DNA of 64,000 bases from Candidatus Latescibacterota bacterium (GTDB lineage: Bacteria; Latescibacterota; UBA2968; UBA8231): the NCBI GenBank assembly GCA_965203175.1, contig OZ241867.1:5088001-5152000 (forward strand). The letters run 5' to 3'. The notes beneath the pieces were generated by a model. The model searched no databases and had not been told where the DNA came from. It saw only the letters and a list, made by a program, of their open reading frames with translations. The position numbers and the translations under genes are program-made. Shown here piece by piece: positions 1-9,473 of this stretch; within the stretch, counting starts at the first letter, position 1; each line of letters begins with the position of its first letter.

Positions 1-260
1 CCAGGCCAGGCTATTTCCACTTCGAATGGTGCCGAGGCATCTCGGAGCAGGCATTCGATCACCGCCGTGCTGTTGGCCTCGATCCGGGCGCTCTGCTGAC
101 AGGCGGCAATAGAGATCTCCATCTCGTCGATAAATGAATTGACGACCCGGAGTTCAACCGCTCCTTCTCCAGCGCGGGTCGTCTCGGTAGAGAGCGGAAT
201 CTCCTCTTCGCAGCCGCCCAGCATAGCCGCTGACGCCAAGACGAGAAAAACGCGCAGCAT
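1..260 (-). CDS. Lipoprotein of unknown function, runs off the window edge; paralog of 278..694
   Basis: Not in the ORF track. Manual translation MLRVFLVLASAAMLGGCEEEIPLSTE...VVNSFIDEMEISIAACQQ...IECLLRD...FEVEIAW has lipobox LGGC and shares VNSF, SIAAC and ECL with 278..694. Confidence 0.8.
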   Translation of the reverse strand, partial: MLRVFLVLASAAMLGGCEEEIPLSTETTRAGEGAVELRVVNSFIDEMEISIAACQQSARIEANSTAVIECLLRDASAPFEVEIAWP

Positions 261-277
261 TCTCACGGCGGCTCTGC

Positions 278-694
278 TCAGTTCTGGCGGCGGCCGTCGA
301 TCAGGATAATGAAGCCGCTACCCGTCCCTCCTGGAACGTTCCTGATTTCGACGACCTGCCCGTACGACACAGTGACGGTTTTTGGCGGAGGTGGAGCATA
401 CCCTTGCCCAACGGGTGGATTCAGCCACACGACGACGACGTCGAAGGCGTTGATATCCTCCTCGATCAGGCACTCGACCGATTGAACTTGGTCGGACAAG
501 AGGCGGAATTTCTGGAAGCAGGCGGCGATACTCACCTCTACCTCGCCGCGGAAGGAATTGACGAACTTGATGAAGCGGCTGGGCTCACCTTCCTCGATGT
601 CCTTTGGCAGAGTCGCCAGATCGATCTCTTTTTCGCAGCCGCTCGACAGAAAGATGCCCGTGCCGAGCAGGAGCAAATGCACGCATCTCAGCAT
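278..694 (-). CDS. Lipoprotein of unknown function
   Basis: Hydrophobic N-terminus with lipobox SSGC; conserved motifs shared with the adjacent paralog. Confidence 0.8.
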   Translation of the reverse strand: MLRCVHLLLLGTGIFLSSGCEKEIDLATLPKDIEEGEPSRFIKFVNSFRGEVEVSIAACFQKFRLLSDQVQSVECLIEEDINAFDVVVVWLNPPVGQGYAPPPPKTVTVSYGQVVEIRNVPGGTGSGFIILIDGRRQN

Positions 695-813
695 AGATCA
701 CTCTTTCATACAATACAGCGGTTCAGCCGGTATTCCGGCCGAACCGCTGGTACTAGAGCCCCGAGACACTCCCCCGCGCTGGGTGGAATCCCGGGATAGG
801 TACAGATGAGCCG

Positions 814-1725
814 TTAGTCTGCGAAACTGGACTTTATGCGGGCCCAGGAAATCGACTCGACCGCGGTGGGGGCAGCGGCCTCGACATCGGGGTCAACGAT
901 GAGGGTGAAGCTGTTCATGGAATCCCCGTTGCCTGTCGCTCCGCTCTCGTTCGAAGTGGCCCAAGCCCCGTCCCAACTGTCGCCGCCATCCCAGTCGTCG
1001 CCCTGGAACATGAGATGGGTTTTTGTGTTCTCGGTCAGATCCATGACCGTGCTGGTCTCGGCTCCGCCTTCGCCGGTCGATACGGCCGCGTCGAAGAATG
1101 AGAACAAGGTCATGCGCCATTCGTAGTTAATGGTCACATTTTCATCGCCGTGGCTCCACGGCTTGCCACTGGCCGGGCCAGTGGCGAAGACGAGGTGGGG
1201 CGGCTGATTGGCCCAGAACTGGGAGTAGCTGTCGCTGAAGCCCTGCAGGGCGAACACATCGGCATCGCCGGCCGCCTGAAACGTCCACTCTTGGCCGTTG
1301 CTGTACACCCCGTCTGGATCAATACCACCACCACTGTGATCGGGATCCAGCGCGAAGGTCCAGCCGTCGTCGCCGACCGTGCGGCTGCCGCGCAGCAAGT
1401 CGCGATCGTAGAAGTCGTCGAACGTGTTGATCGCGACCCAGAGCTGATTGCCCTCATCGACACCCGTCCACGCCACGCAGATGGTGACGTCGAAATCATT
1501 CAGGTCGAGCCCGTCCGGGCCGGCGCGGCTGAGCAACGCGTCCCGTTGAATGATGGCGTAGCTAGGGAACCAACTCCAGTCGGTGAGTTCCCCATCAATC
1601 TCCATTTGTTGGGCAACTCCGGCTGGAATGTGGATGGCGAAGTAATCCGGCGCATCGGCCGTGGCTGGCGCTGCCCCTAACAGGGCCGCCAAGCTCAGCA
1701 CTAGGATAAAAGAAAATAATCTCAT
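814..1725 (-). CDS. Secreted acidic protein with CBM9/DOMON-like sugar-binding domain and C-terminal 'TAVESISWARIK' tail
   Basis: AGGAGG RBS before MRLFSF; signal peptide ending ATA; IDGELTDW motif typical of CBM9-like domains; Asp/Gly-rich. Confidence 0.75.
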   Translation of the reverse strand: MRLFSFILVLSLAALLGAAPATADAPDYFAIHIPAGVAQQMEIDGELTDWSWFPSYAIIQRDALLSRAGPDGLDLNDFDVTICVAWTGVDEGNQLWVAINTFDDFYDRDLLRGSRTVGDDGWTFALDPDHSGGGIDPDGVYSNGQEWTFQAAGDADVFALQGFSDSYSQFWANQPPHLVFATGPASGKPWSHGDENVTINYEWRMTLFSFFDAAVSTGEGGAETSTVMDLTENTKTHLMFQGDDWDGGDSWDGAWATSNESGATGNGDSMNSFTLIVDPDVEAAAPTAVESISWARIKSSFAD

Positions 1726-2054
1726 CTCGCTTCGACCTCCTTTGAGGAAGTGGGTATAGTCCATCCGCTACACGAGTGCGGATGGATCAGATGACTTTCC
1801 CTAAAGGGCCTGGAGTATAGCCCCAAGGGAAGCGGCTTAGGAAATCGACCTAGAGAAATATATGTTGATTATTTTCTGATACTTAAGTCATATTACGACG
1901 ATCATTACGAAGGCCGTACGTCCAGCTACTGCGAAATTTCTGTCCAATATATTTACTTTCAGCCTAGGATTCAACCAATATCTTGATGCACCTATTGGCC
2001 CATCCTACTTTTCTTGCGACATCTGTCTACCCACTCTGAATCGAGGAAGCGAAA

Positions 2055-3479
2055 ATGGGACTGGCTGTTGCGCCGGAGCACTGGATCTCGCCCCGGGCGC
2101 GGCTCGTACTGATGGTGGTTCTGCTGACGGCCTGCGCTCAAGACCACAAGGGAACGGCCGTGGCCACAGTTGGGACCGGGGAAATCACCGCCGAGGAACT
2201 TCGCCACTTTGTGCGCCGTCTCGCGCCGAGTCTGGTCAGTGAGGAAGCAGGACAGCGGGCCCGGGAGGACTACCTACAGACTTTGGTCGATCGGGAAATC
2301 GCGCTTCTCGAAGCCTATGAAAAAGGCTTGGACCAAGACCCCGATTTGCTCAAAGCACTCGACGAAAAAAAGAGAGAACACCTCCTCTCCCTCTATCGCG
2401 ACAAGGAGATCCTGCCCCAGATACAAGTGTCCGAGGAGGAGATCCGCCAGTTCTTCGACCGGCAGGATATGGCGCGGGAGCGCCGGACCACTGCCATTTT
2501 GGTGCGGACTCGGGAGCAAGCGCAGCAGATCCGAGCCCAACTCGAAACCGGGAGCGATTTCGGCGAGTTGGCCAGCAAGCATTCGCTCGACACTTGGTCG
2601 GCCCTGCGGGAAGGCGAGTTGGGATTTGTCACCCGGGCTGCTGCCGAACGGCTCTTGGGGATCCCCGTGGAGGTATTCGACACGCTTGGCACCGGCCAAG
2701 TATCGCCCCCTCTGCGCCGGGGCCGCAACTATCACCTGATCCGCTTTTTAGAAGACCGGCCCACAGATCTGCAAACTCACCGGGAGGCCATAAGGACGCA
2801 GTTGCAGGAAGAGAAGCAACGGGCCCTCGAAGAGGAAAAAGCAGACACTTTGGCACGCGAATTTAACTGGCAACGGGTCTTTGCGGGGACGACTCTGCTG
2901 AAGGATAAAGGCGCGGCCTTGGGAGAGAGCGGCAAGCTGCAGCTCACCGACGAAGAAAAGCGCGTACCACTCTTCACTTATGAGGGCGGGGCCATTTCTT
3001 TGGCAGACTATATGGCGGTGTTGCGCCAGCACAGGATCAGAGCGCCTCGGGCCTTGCTGGACAGCGTCTTTATCGGTTTGCTCGGACGCCGCTTTTTGCA
3101 GAAGCCCGCGCTCTTTGTAGCAGCCGCCGAGCGCCTCGGCCTCTCGGAAGATCCCAAGGTGGGAAAGTGGGTCGAGAAAACCAGACGGGAGTTGTTGGTC
3201 TGGGGTATAAGACAGCGGGAAGTCATTGACCAAATCGCCATTGACGAGGCAGATGTCAGACAATTCTACGAGGAAAACGGAGAAATGTTCCGGCGAGAAT
3301 CCTTTGAACAGGCCCGCAGAAGGGCGGAGGTCGCCCTGAGGAAGGCGCTGGAAAAAGAGCGTTTTGACGCGTGGATCGCCGATCTGCGCCAGCGCTATGG
3401 AGACCGCGTCAAAGTCTTCCCCGACCGCTTGGCGCAAGCCCTGCCGGAAACGCTGCTGGACAGCATCGCCAGAAATTAA
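2055..3479 (+). CDS. PrsA/SurA-type peptidyl-prolyl isomerase (parvulin) lipoprotein
   Basis: Lipobox LTAC; VATVGTGEIT; parvulin motifs DFGELASKHSLD, GELGF, GQVSPP, YHLIR. Confidence 0.85.
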   Translation: MGLAVAPEHWISPRARLVLMVVLLTACAQDHKGTAVATVGTGEITAEELRHFVRRLAPSLVSEEAGQRAREDYLQTLVDREIALLEAYEKGLDQDPDLLKALDEKKREHLLSLYRDKEILPQIQVSEEEIRQFFDRQDMARERRTTAILVRTREQAQQIRAQLETGSDFGELASKHSLDTWSALREGELGFVTRAAAERLLGIPVEVFDTLGTGQVSPPLRRGRNYHLIRFLEDRPTDLQTHREAIRTQLQEEKQRALEEEKADTLAREFNWQRVFAGTTLLKDKGAALGESGKLQLTDEEKRVPLFTYEGGAISLADYMAVLRQHRIRAPRALLDSVFIGLLGRRFLQKPALFVAAAERLGLSEDPKVGKWVEKTRRELLVWGIRQREVIDQIAIDEADVRQFYEENGEMFRRESFEQARRRAEVALRKALEKERFDAWIADLRQRYGDRVKVFPDRLAQALPETLLDSIARN

Positions 3480-3508
3480 TACCATCTGCAAACCAAAAGG
3501 AGGTTCTC

Positions 3509-4102
3509 ATGCAACTCGAACTACCCACACGCTGGCAACGCGACTACGACGTGTACGACCGCCTCGAAGAACTCGGCATCGACTTGGGCCGCAGAGAAGA
3601 TGCCGTCGCTCCCGAGACCAACCGCATTCCCAGACTCATCTTCACCCCTTCCGGCTTGCTCTTTTTCTCTGGATCGGGCGCGGGCGAGGGTCCGGTCACC
3701 AACGACGAGTCCTCGGTAGAGAAAGGGCACAGCGCCGGCCGGGACGTGGGCCACAAGCACATCTGCGTGCTGCACTGGGGTCTGCACCCCTTTGGCACAC
3801 TAAACGACGTCTGGTATTGCGTCAAGTGCATCGGCATGGTGCATTCGGCCCACCGCGAAGAGTCCTTTACCAACGCTCCTCGCGTGGTGGACGGATACAC
3901 GGAAGTCTGGCACGATGTATTCGGCGGCCCCCTGTCACGTCGCGCCAAGGAGGGCCAGCCCGACGGCCGCTCCGGCTGGCACGGCCGCAGTGCTTTGGGC
4001 GGATTTGAAATCAGCAACTTGGCCATTGAACCGGAGATGATTGTACAGGTCGATCCCGATCTGGCGATCCGCGTCATCCGGGAGCGCGGGCCCCACATTT
4101 GA
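3509..4102 (+). CDS. RidA/YjgF-like family protein
   Basis: AGGAGG RBS; LLFFSGSG, VKCIGMV, VVDGYTEV..VFG, HGRSALG, IEPEMIV. Confidence 0.7.
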   Translation: MQLELPTRWQRDYDVYDRLEELGIDLGRREDAVAPETNRIPRLIFTPSGLLFFSGSGAGEGPVTNDESSVEKGHSAGRDVGHKHICVLHWGLHPFGTLNDVWYCVKCIGMVHSAHREESFTNAPRVVDGYTEVWHDVFGGPLSRRAKEGQPDGRSGWHGRSALGGFEISNLAIEPEMIVQVDPDLAIRVIRERGPHI

Positions 4103-4121
4103 CCTGTGGCTCTACGAGCTG

Positions 4122-4850
4122 CTAGTACCGCTCCCCCACGTCGAGTAGGGTTTTCCCTTCCATCATCGCCTCGAGGTATTCCACTACTCGATTGACCGCT
4201 TCTTCGGACAAAATCCTTCCCTTTTCTGCATCGGCCTCTAAGGGCGTCTTGTCCTCCTGGTCCTGCATGGCGTCGTGACGGATTTTCTCCGGGAACATGT
4301 GCATGGCCAGTGAGGTCTCGAATTCCTGGGCGTGTCCCGGGGCGCTCTTGGTGACCATGTGCTCGTCGACGAGCGCCCTAGGAATTAAGTTCCAATAGGG
4401 GTGGAAGTGCAGATTGACCCCCGGAGCTGTGGACTCGAAAAAGAGTCTCCACTGCCGGATTATGCTATTCACGGGTTGCACGTTGCCGCCGTGACCGTTG
4501 AGGATTAGGATGTTCTCAATGCCGTGGCGGGCAAAACATTCCACCGCGTCGAAGAGTACGGCCAGCCACGAACCCGGCTTGGCCGTAAGACTGCCCTTGT
4601 GCTTCATGTGGTGCTCGGAAATGCCTACGGCCATGGGCACGGCCACGATCACCTTTGGATACATGCGCAGGGCCACCTGTTGCGCCACCCAGGTTGACGA
4701 GGCGATATCGTGCTCAAAGGGCAGGTGTTCGAGGTGCTGCTCAATGCTGCCGGTGGGGATGATCGCGGCCTGGAATTTCCCGGCCTCAAGCCCTTGGCGA
4801 AATTCGCGCCGGGTGTAATTCTGCAGCATGACTTCCCTGTTATCAGTCAC
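4122..4850 (-). CDS. Creatininase/amidohydrolase family protein
   Basis: PTGSIEQH..HLP..D, GISEHH, NGHGGN, GHAQEFETS; GTG start after AGGAGG. Confidence 0.9.
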   Translation of the reverse strand: MTDNREVMLQNYTRREFRQGLEAGKFQAAIIPTGSIEQHLEHLPFEHDIASSTWVAQQVALRMYPKVIVAVPMAVGISEHHMKHKGSLTAKPGSWLAVLFDAVECFARHGIENILILNGHGGNVQPVNSIIRQWRLFFESTAPGVNLHFHPYWNLIPRALVDEHMVTKSAPGHAQEFETSLAMHMFPEKIRHDAMQDQEDKTPLEADAEKGRILSEEAVNRVVEYLEAMMEGKTLLDVGERY

Positions 4851-5011
4851 AGTGGACCTCCTTTTAGTGTGTGATCCATGCCCGAGGAGCATGGATCGAG
4901 TCCCGAAAATTTCATCTTCGATTCACCTAGAGCACCCATTTGGACACTCGGAAGCGAGATACGAAATTTGGCTCCTGTCCACAAGCCGCATCTCCAAGAG
5001 AGGAGATTTTC

Positions 5012-6430
5012 ATGACACCGCCCTCGACCCGCGTCACCGCCGCGCTAGCCAATGCTGCGGAGCGTCGCAGCATTTTCGGCCAGTACGCGCAAACGCCCAT
5101 CTACCATACGCCCGTCACCGTCGAAGCCGTCCTCGATGAAAAGGGTTGCCTCGCAGTGGAACTGCCGTTCACCGAAGCGAAAGTACTCTCGGTCGGCCCC
5201 CAGCGCGAGGTCAAGCTCTTCTTGGAACCGGGCGACCAATTGCACATTGACGCGGACTTGCTCGACCTGCCCCAATCTCTCCGCTTTTCCGGCCAAGGCG
5301 CGGCCAACAACCAGTTCCTCGCCGCCCTGCGGACCCGCTTTTCAGATTACCTACGCATCGACTACAAAGACCTAGAGGTCGATAACTTTCGTAAAACAAT
5401 CGACCAGCGGCGCGTGGAAATGACTCGCTTTCTGGACGAGGGGTGCGCCCAAGGAGGACTCACACCGGCTTTCGTCGATTATTACCGCGCCGAAATCACC
5501 TATGATTGGGCCAAAGAACTGGTCTCTTATCCGCGCAATTACGAGAGGCAAAACGGACGGGAGAACGAAGCCCTCCCCGAGAACTATTACGACATCCTCG
5601 ATCAAGTCGAACTGGTTGACGAAACAGCTATCGGTACCTCCCATTACCGCACCTTTCTGTCGCGCAATTTCTTACGCCTTTGGCAAGAATGGAACGACCA
5701 GCCCGCCACTAAACAGATGGCCGCTGAGAAACGCCGAAACCTGTTTGAAACCTACGTTCCCTACAATCATGCCAAGCGGACCCTGCACGGCAAAGTCCTG
5801 TACTTCTTTCTCGCTGGGGAAATCGTCCGGGACTTCCAATACGGCTTATTTAACATAGGCGAACAACGCTGGGCCGAATTTCTCCAGGATAATCCCTACC
5901 CCGAATACACCGAGGTCGTCGAGGAGGTCGTGCGGGAAGCATCCAAGCTCAAACCTGGTCAGCCCGCCCCCGACTTCACCCTCGACGATCTCCAGGGCCA
6001 AAGCGTCTCCCTGAACGATTTCAAAGGCCAAGCGGTTTTCTTGGACTTTTGGGCGAGTTGGTGCAGTCCCTGCATCGAGGCAGTACCCCATCTGGAAGAG
6101 CTCAAACAGCAGACCCGCGACCAGAAGGTGGTCTTTTTGAACATCTCTTTGGACCCCGCCGACGAGTGGCACCAAGCAGTCGATGAGCACGGTCTGACCG
6201 GCGTCCATGTCCACGCTCCGGGCGGCAGGCAATCAGCGGTGGCCCAGTTGTACCAAGTTAGCGGCATACCCTCCTACTTCTTGGTAGGTCCAGACGGCCG
6301 CATAGACGGCCACGTTGGCTATGTCTCCGATGTCTCGGATGTGGTCAGCCGCATTGAGAAAGTGGCGTCTGGGCAGGTGCCGTCGTCATCGCCAAAAAGT
6401 ATCAGATCGGAGATGGTCATCAGAGGATAG
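5012..6430 (+). CDS. TlpA/ResA-like thiol-disulfide redoxin with long N-terminal domain (copy 1)
   Basis: GQPAPDFTL, LDFWASWCSPC, GIPSYFLVGPDG. Confidence 0.9.
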   Translation: MTPPSTRVTAALANAAERRSIFGQYAQTPIYHTPVTVEAVLDEKGCLAVELPFTEAKVLSVGPQREVKLFLEPGDQLHIDADLLDLPQSLRFSGQGAANNQFLAALRTRFSDYLRIDYKDLEVDNFRKTIDQRRVEMTRFLDEGCAQGGLTPAFVDYYRAEITYDWAKELVSYPRNYERQNGRENEALPENYYDILDQVELVDETAIGTSHYRTFLSRNFLRLWQEWNDQPATKQMAAEKRRNLFETYVPYNHAKRTLHGKVLYFFLAGEIVRDFQYGLFNIGEQRWAEFLQDNPYPEYTEVVEEVVREASKLKPGQPAPDFTLDDLQGQSVSLNDFKGQAVFLDFWASWCSPCIEAVPHLEELKQQTRDQKVVFLNISLDPADEWHQAVDEHGLTGVHVHAPGGRQSAVAQLYQVSGIPSYFLVGPDGRIDGHVGYVSDVSDVVSRIEKVASGQVPSSSPKSIRSEMVIRG

Positions 6431-6512
6431 CCGCATTGTTTATCTGTGGAGCGCGACTTTTATAGGGGCCGCTAGGCCACTACATTCTGGATGATAATGA
6501 GAGGAGATTTAC

Positions 6513-7979
6513 ATGGCACCGCTTTCCACCCGCGTCACCGCCGCGCTAGCCAATGCTTCAGAGCACCGCAGCATTTCCTTCGAGTACCAGCAAACGCCCA
6601 TCTACCATACGCCCGTCACCGTCGAAGTCCCTCTCGACGAAAAGGGCTGTCTTGCGGTAGAACTGCCGTTTACTGAAGCGCAAATGGTTTCGGTCAAGCT
6701 CGACAAGAAGGTCAAGCTCTTTCTGGAACCGGGCGACCAATTGCACATTGACGCGGACTTGCTCAACCTTCCTCAGTCCCTCCGCTTTTCCGGCCAAGGC
6801 GCGGCCAACAATCAGTTTCTCGCCGCCCTGCGGTCCCGTTTCCCCGATTACCTAGACATCGACTACGAAGACTTGGAGGTCGATGCCTTTCGCAAAATAA
6901 TCGACCAGCGGCGAGTGGAAATGACTCGCTTTCTGGACGAGGGGTGCAACCAATGCCAACTCACGCCGGCCTTCGTCGATTACTACCGCGCTGAAATCAC
7001 TTATGAATGGGCCAATTCCGTGGTCTCCTATCCCACTAACTACATGTTCGCCAATGGACACAAAAACAAGGACCTCCCCGCGGACTATCACGAGGCCCTC
7101 GACCAGATTGAACTGGTTGACGAAGCGGCTATCGGCACCACCGATTACCGCACCTTTCTGGATCGCAATTTCGTTCGTATAAGAGAAGACGCCGATGATC
7201 GAGTACAACTGGAGCAACTATCCGACAGCCAACGCCAAGACCATATTGAAACCTACACCCCCTACAATCAGGCCAAGCAGACCTTGCACGGCAAAGTCCG
7301 GTACTTTTTTATCGCCGGGGAAATCGTTTGGGGCTTTCGGAAGGGCTGGTTTGACCAAGGGGAACAACGCCTAGCCGAATTCCTCCAAGACAATCCCTAT
7401 CCCGAATACACCGAGGTCGTCGAGGAGGTCGTGCGGGAAACATCCAAGCTCAAACCCGGCCAGCCCGCGCCCGACTTCACCCTCAGTGATCTCCAAGGCC
7501 AAAGCGTCTCCCTGAGCGATTTCAAAGGGCAGTCGGTTTTCTTGGACTTTTGGGCAAGTTGGTGCGGTCCGTGCATCGGGGCAGTACCCTATCTGGAAGA
7601 GATCAAACAGCGGACCCGTGACCAGAAGGTGGTCTTTTTGAACATTTCTTTGGACCCCGCCGACGAGTGGCACCAAGCGGTGGAAGAGCACGGACTGACC
7701 GGCGTCCACGTCCACTCTCCGGGTGGCTGGCAGTCGGCAGTGGCTCAGTTGTACCAAGTTCAGAGCATACCCTCCTATTTCCTAGTGGGGCCAGACGGCT
7801 GCATGGACGGCCGCGTCGACATACCCTCCTTCCTAAGGGCTCCAGACGGCCGGATGGCCGGTCGCGATGTCTTCAATGCCATTGTCGAGGAGGTAGTCGT
7901 CCGCATTGAGAAGGTCGCGTCTGGGAAGGTGCCGTCGTCAAAAAAAACAGGCTATATTATTAGGACAACGAGGCGATGA
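6513..7979 (+). CDS. TlpA/ResA-like redoxin (copy 2, tandem paralog)
   Basis: LDFWASWCGPC; long near-identical DNA stretches with copy 1, including the RBS GAGAGGAGATTT. Confidence 0.9.
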   Translation: MAPLSTRVTAALANASEHRSISFEYQQTPIYHTPVTVEVPLDEKGCLAVELPFTEAQMVSVKLDKKVKLFLEPGDQLHIDADLLNLPQSLRFSGQGAANNQFLAALRSRFPDYLDIDYEDLEVDAFRKIIDQRRVEMTRFLDEGCNQCQLTPAFVDYYRAEITYEWANSVVSYPTNYMFANGHKNKDLPADYHEALDQIELVDEAAIGTTDYRTFLDRNFVRIREDADDRVQLEQLSDSQRQDHIETYTPYNQAKQTLHGKVRYFFIAGEIVWGFRKGWFDQGEQRLAEFLQDNPYPEYTEVVEEVVRETSKLKPGQPAPDFTLSDLQGQSVSLSDFKGQSVFLDFWASWCGPCIGAVPYLEEIKQRTRDQKVVFLNISLDPADEWHQAVEEHGLTGVHVHSPGGWQSAVAQLYQVQSIPSYFLVGPDGCMDGRVDIPSFLRAPDGRMAGRDVFNAIVEEVVVRIEKVASGKVPSSKKTGYIIRTTRR

Positions 7980-8043
7980 GTCCCGCTAAATGTCGAATTC
8001 GCGCTATCCCTCGCTCCGCACCATCTACTGACGACAGGTTCCC

Positions 8044-9387
8044 ATGTCCCCCCCCAATATCGTCTATATCCACTCGCACGACACCGGCCGCTACGTCCAA
8101 CCCTATGGCCACGCCATACCCACGCCTCATATCCAGCAGCTAGCCGAGGAAGGCGTCCTCTTCCGCCAAGCCTTTTGCGCCAACCCCACCTGCTCGCCCA
8201 GCCGCGCCTGCCTGCTCACGGGCCAGTGGGCTCATTCCTGTGGCATGACCGGCTTAGTCAATCGCGGCTGGACCTTGCCTCACCCCGAACGGCTGCTGAC
8301 CCATACCCTGCAAAGGGCCGGTTACACCACAGCCATGGCCGGCTTCCAGCACGTGGTAGCGGACATCGACGACGGTGGCTTCACCCGCCTGTTGCCCCAA
8401 GAAGCTCCCGATACCCCAACCGAAGACCGGGCCGCCGCCTTTTTGGCCGAAGATCATCGCGCGCCCTTCTATTTGGACGTGGGCTTTGGCGAAACCCATC
8501 GCCAGAGACGCGGTTTTGCACCCCAGCCCCAAGACGAGGATCCCACCGATCCGCGCTATGTGCGGCCGCCCGTGCCCTTCCCCGATACGCCCGAGACGCG
8601 CCGCGACATGGCCGCCTACATCGACGCGGCCCGCACCCTCGACGCCAAAATGGGCCGCGTCTTCGCCGCCCTGCGCGACAACGGTTTGGCCGACAATACC
8701 TTCGTCATTTGCACCACCGACCACGGAATAGCCTTCCCCACCATGAAGTGCAACCTCACCGACCACGGCCTTGGCGTCATGCTAGTGCTGCGCGGCCCAG
8801 GAGGCTTCAGCGACGGCCAAGTGATCGATGCCTTGGTCAGCCAAATCGATATCTATCCAACGGTCTGCGCCCTAGCCGGGATCGAGTTACCCGACCACGT
8901 GCAGGGCACCTCGCTCCTGCCGCTGGTAAACGGCCAAGCGCAAGAAATCCGCCGCGAAATTTTCGCCGAAGTAAACTACCACACTTACTACGAGCCCCAG
9001 CGTTGCATCCGCACACAGCGCTTCAAGTACATCCGCCGCTTTGACCAGCGCCAATACCCAGTCCTGCCCAATTGCGACGACAGCTTGACCAAAGACTATT
9101 TTATAAACCAAGGCTGGCGGCAACGTCCCCTAGAGCGCGAACGGCTCTACGACTTGGTCTTTGATCCGCACGAAACCCACAATTTGGCCGCAGACCCCAA
9201 TTGCCAAGATCACCTAGAGGAGCTACGCCAACGCCTCGACCAATGGATGCAAAACACCGACGATCCCCTAGCCCACGGGCACCCCGTAGTGCCGCCTGCT
9301 ACCGCGGTAGTCAACGATCCCGATGCCCGTTCGCCCTCGGAGCCGCACCACTCGGCCCGCGAATTTTTGGGCATCTATCCAGAGTGA
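8044..9387 (+). CDS. Formylglycine-dependent (S1) sulfatase, sulfamidase-like
   Basis: PNIVYIHSHD, CSPSR..LLTG, TTDHG, LYDL..DP.E..NLA. Confidence 0.92.
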   Translation: MSPPNIVYIHSHDTGRYVQPYGHAIPTPHIQQLAEEGVLFRQAFCANPTCSPSRACLLTGQWAHSCGMTGLVNRGWTLPHPERLLTHTLQRAGYTTAMAGFQHVVADIDDGGFTRLLPQEAPDTPTEDRAAAFLAEDHRAPFYLDVGFGETHRQRRGFAPQPQDEDPTDPRYVRPPVPFPDTPETRRDMAAYIDAARTLDAKMGRVFAALRDNGLADNTFVICTTDHGIAFPTMKCNLTDHGLGVMLVLRGPGGFSDGQVIDALVSQIDIYPTVCALAGIELPDHVQGTSLLPLVNGQAQEIRREIFAEVNYHTYYEPQRCIRTQRFKYIRRFDQRQYPVLPNCDDSLTKDYFINQGWRQRPLERERLYDLVFDPHETHNLAADPNCQDHLEELRQRLDQWMQNTDDPLAHGHPVVPPATAVVNDPDARSPSEPHHSAREFLGIYPE

Positions 9388-9473
9388 GATAGTTTCCAGA
9401 GGTTTATCGGTATGCGTCGTGAGCCTCGCTACCATTAACCAAGGCATTTGCCCAACCCCATAAAGGAGGCCCC

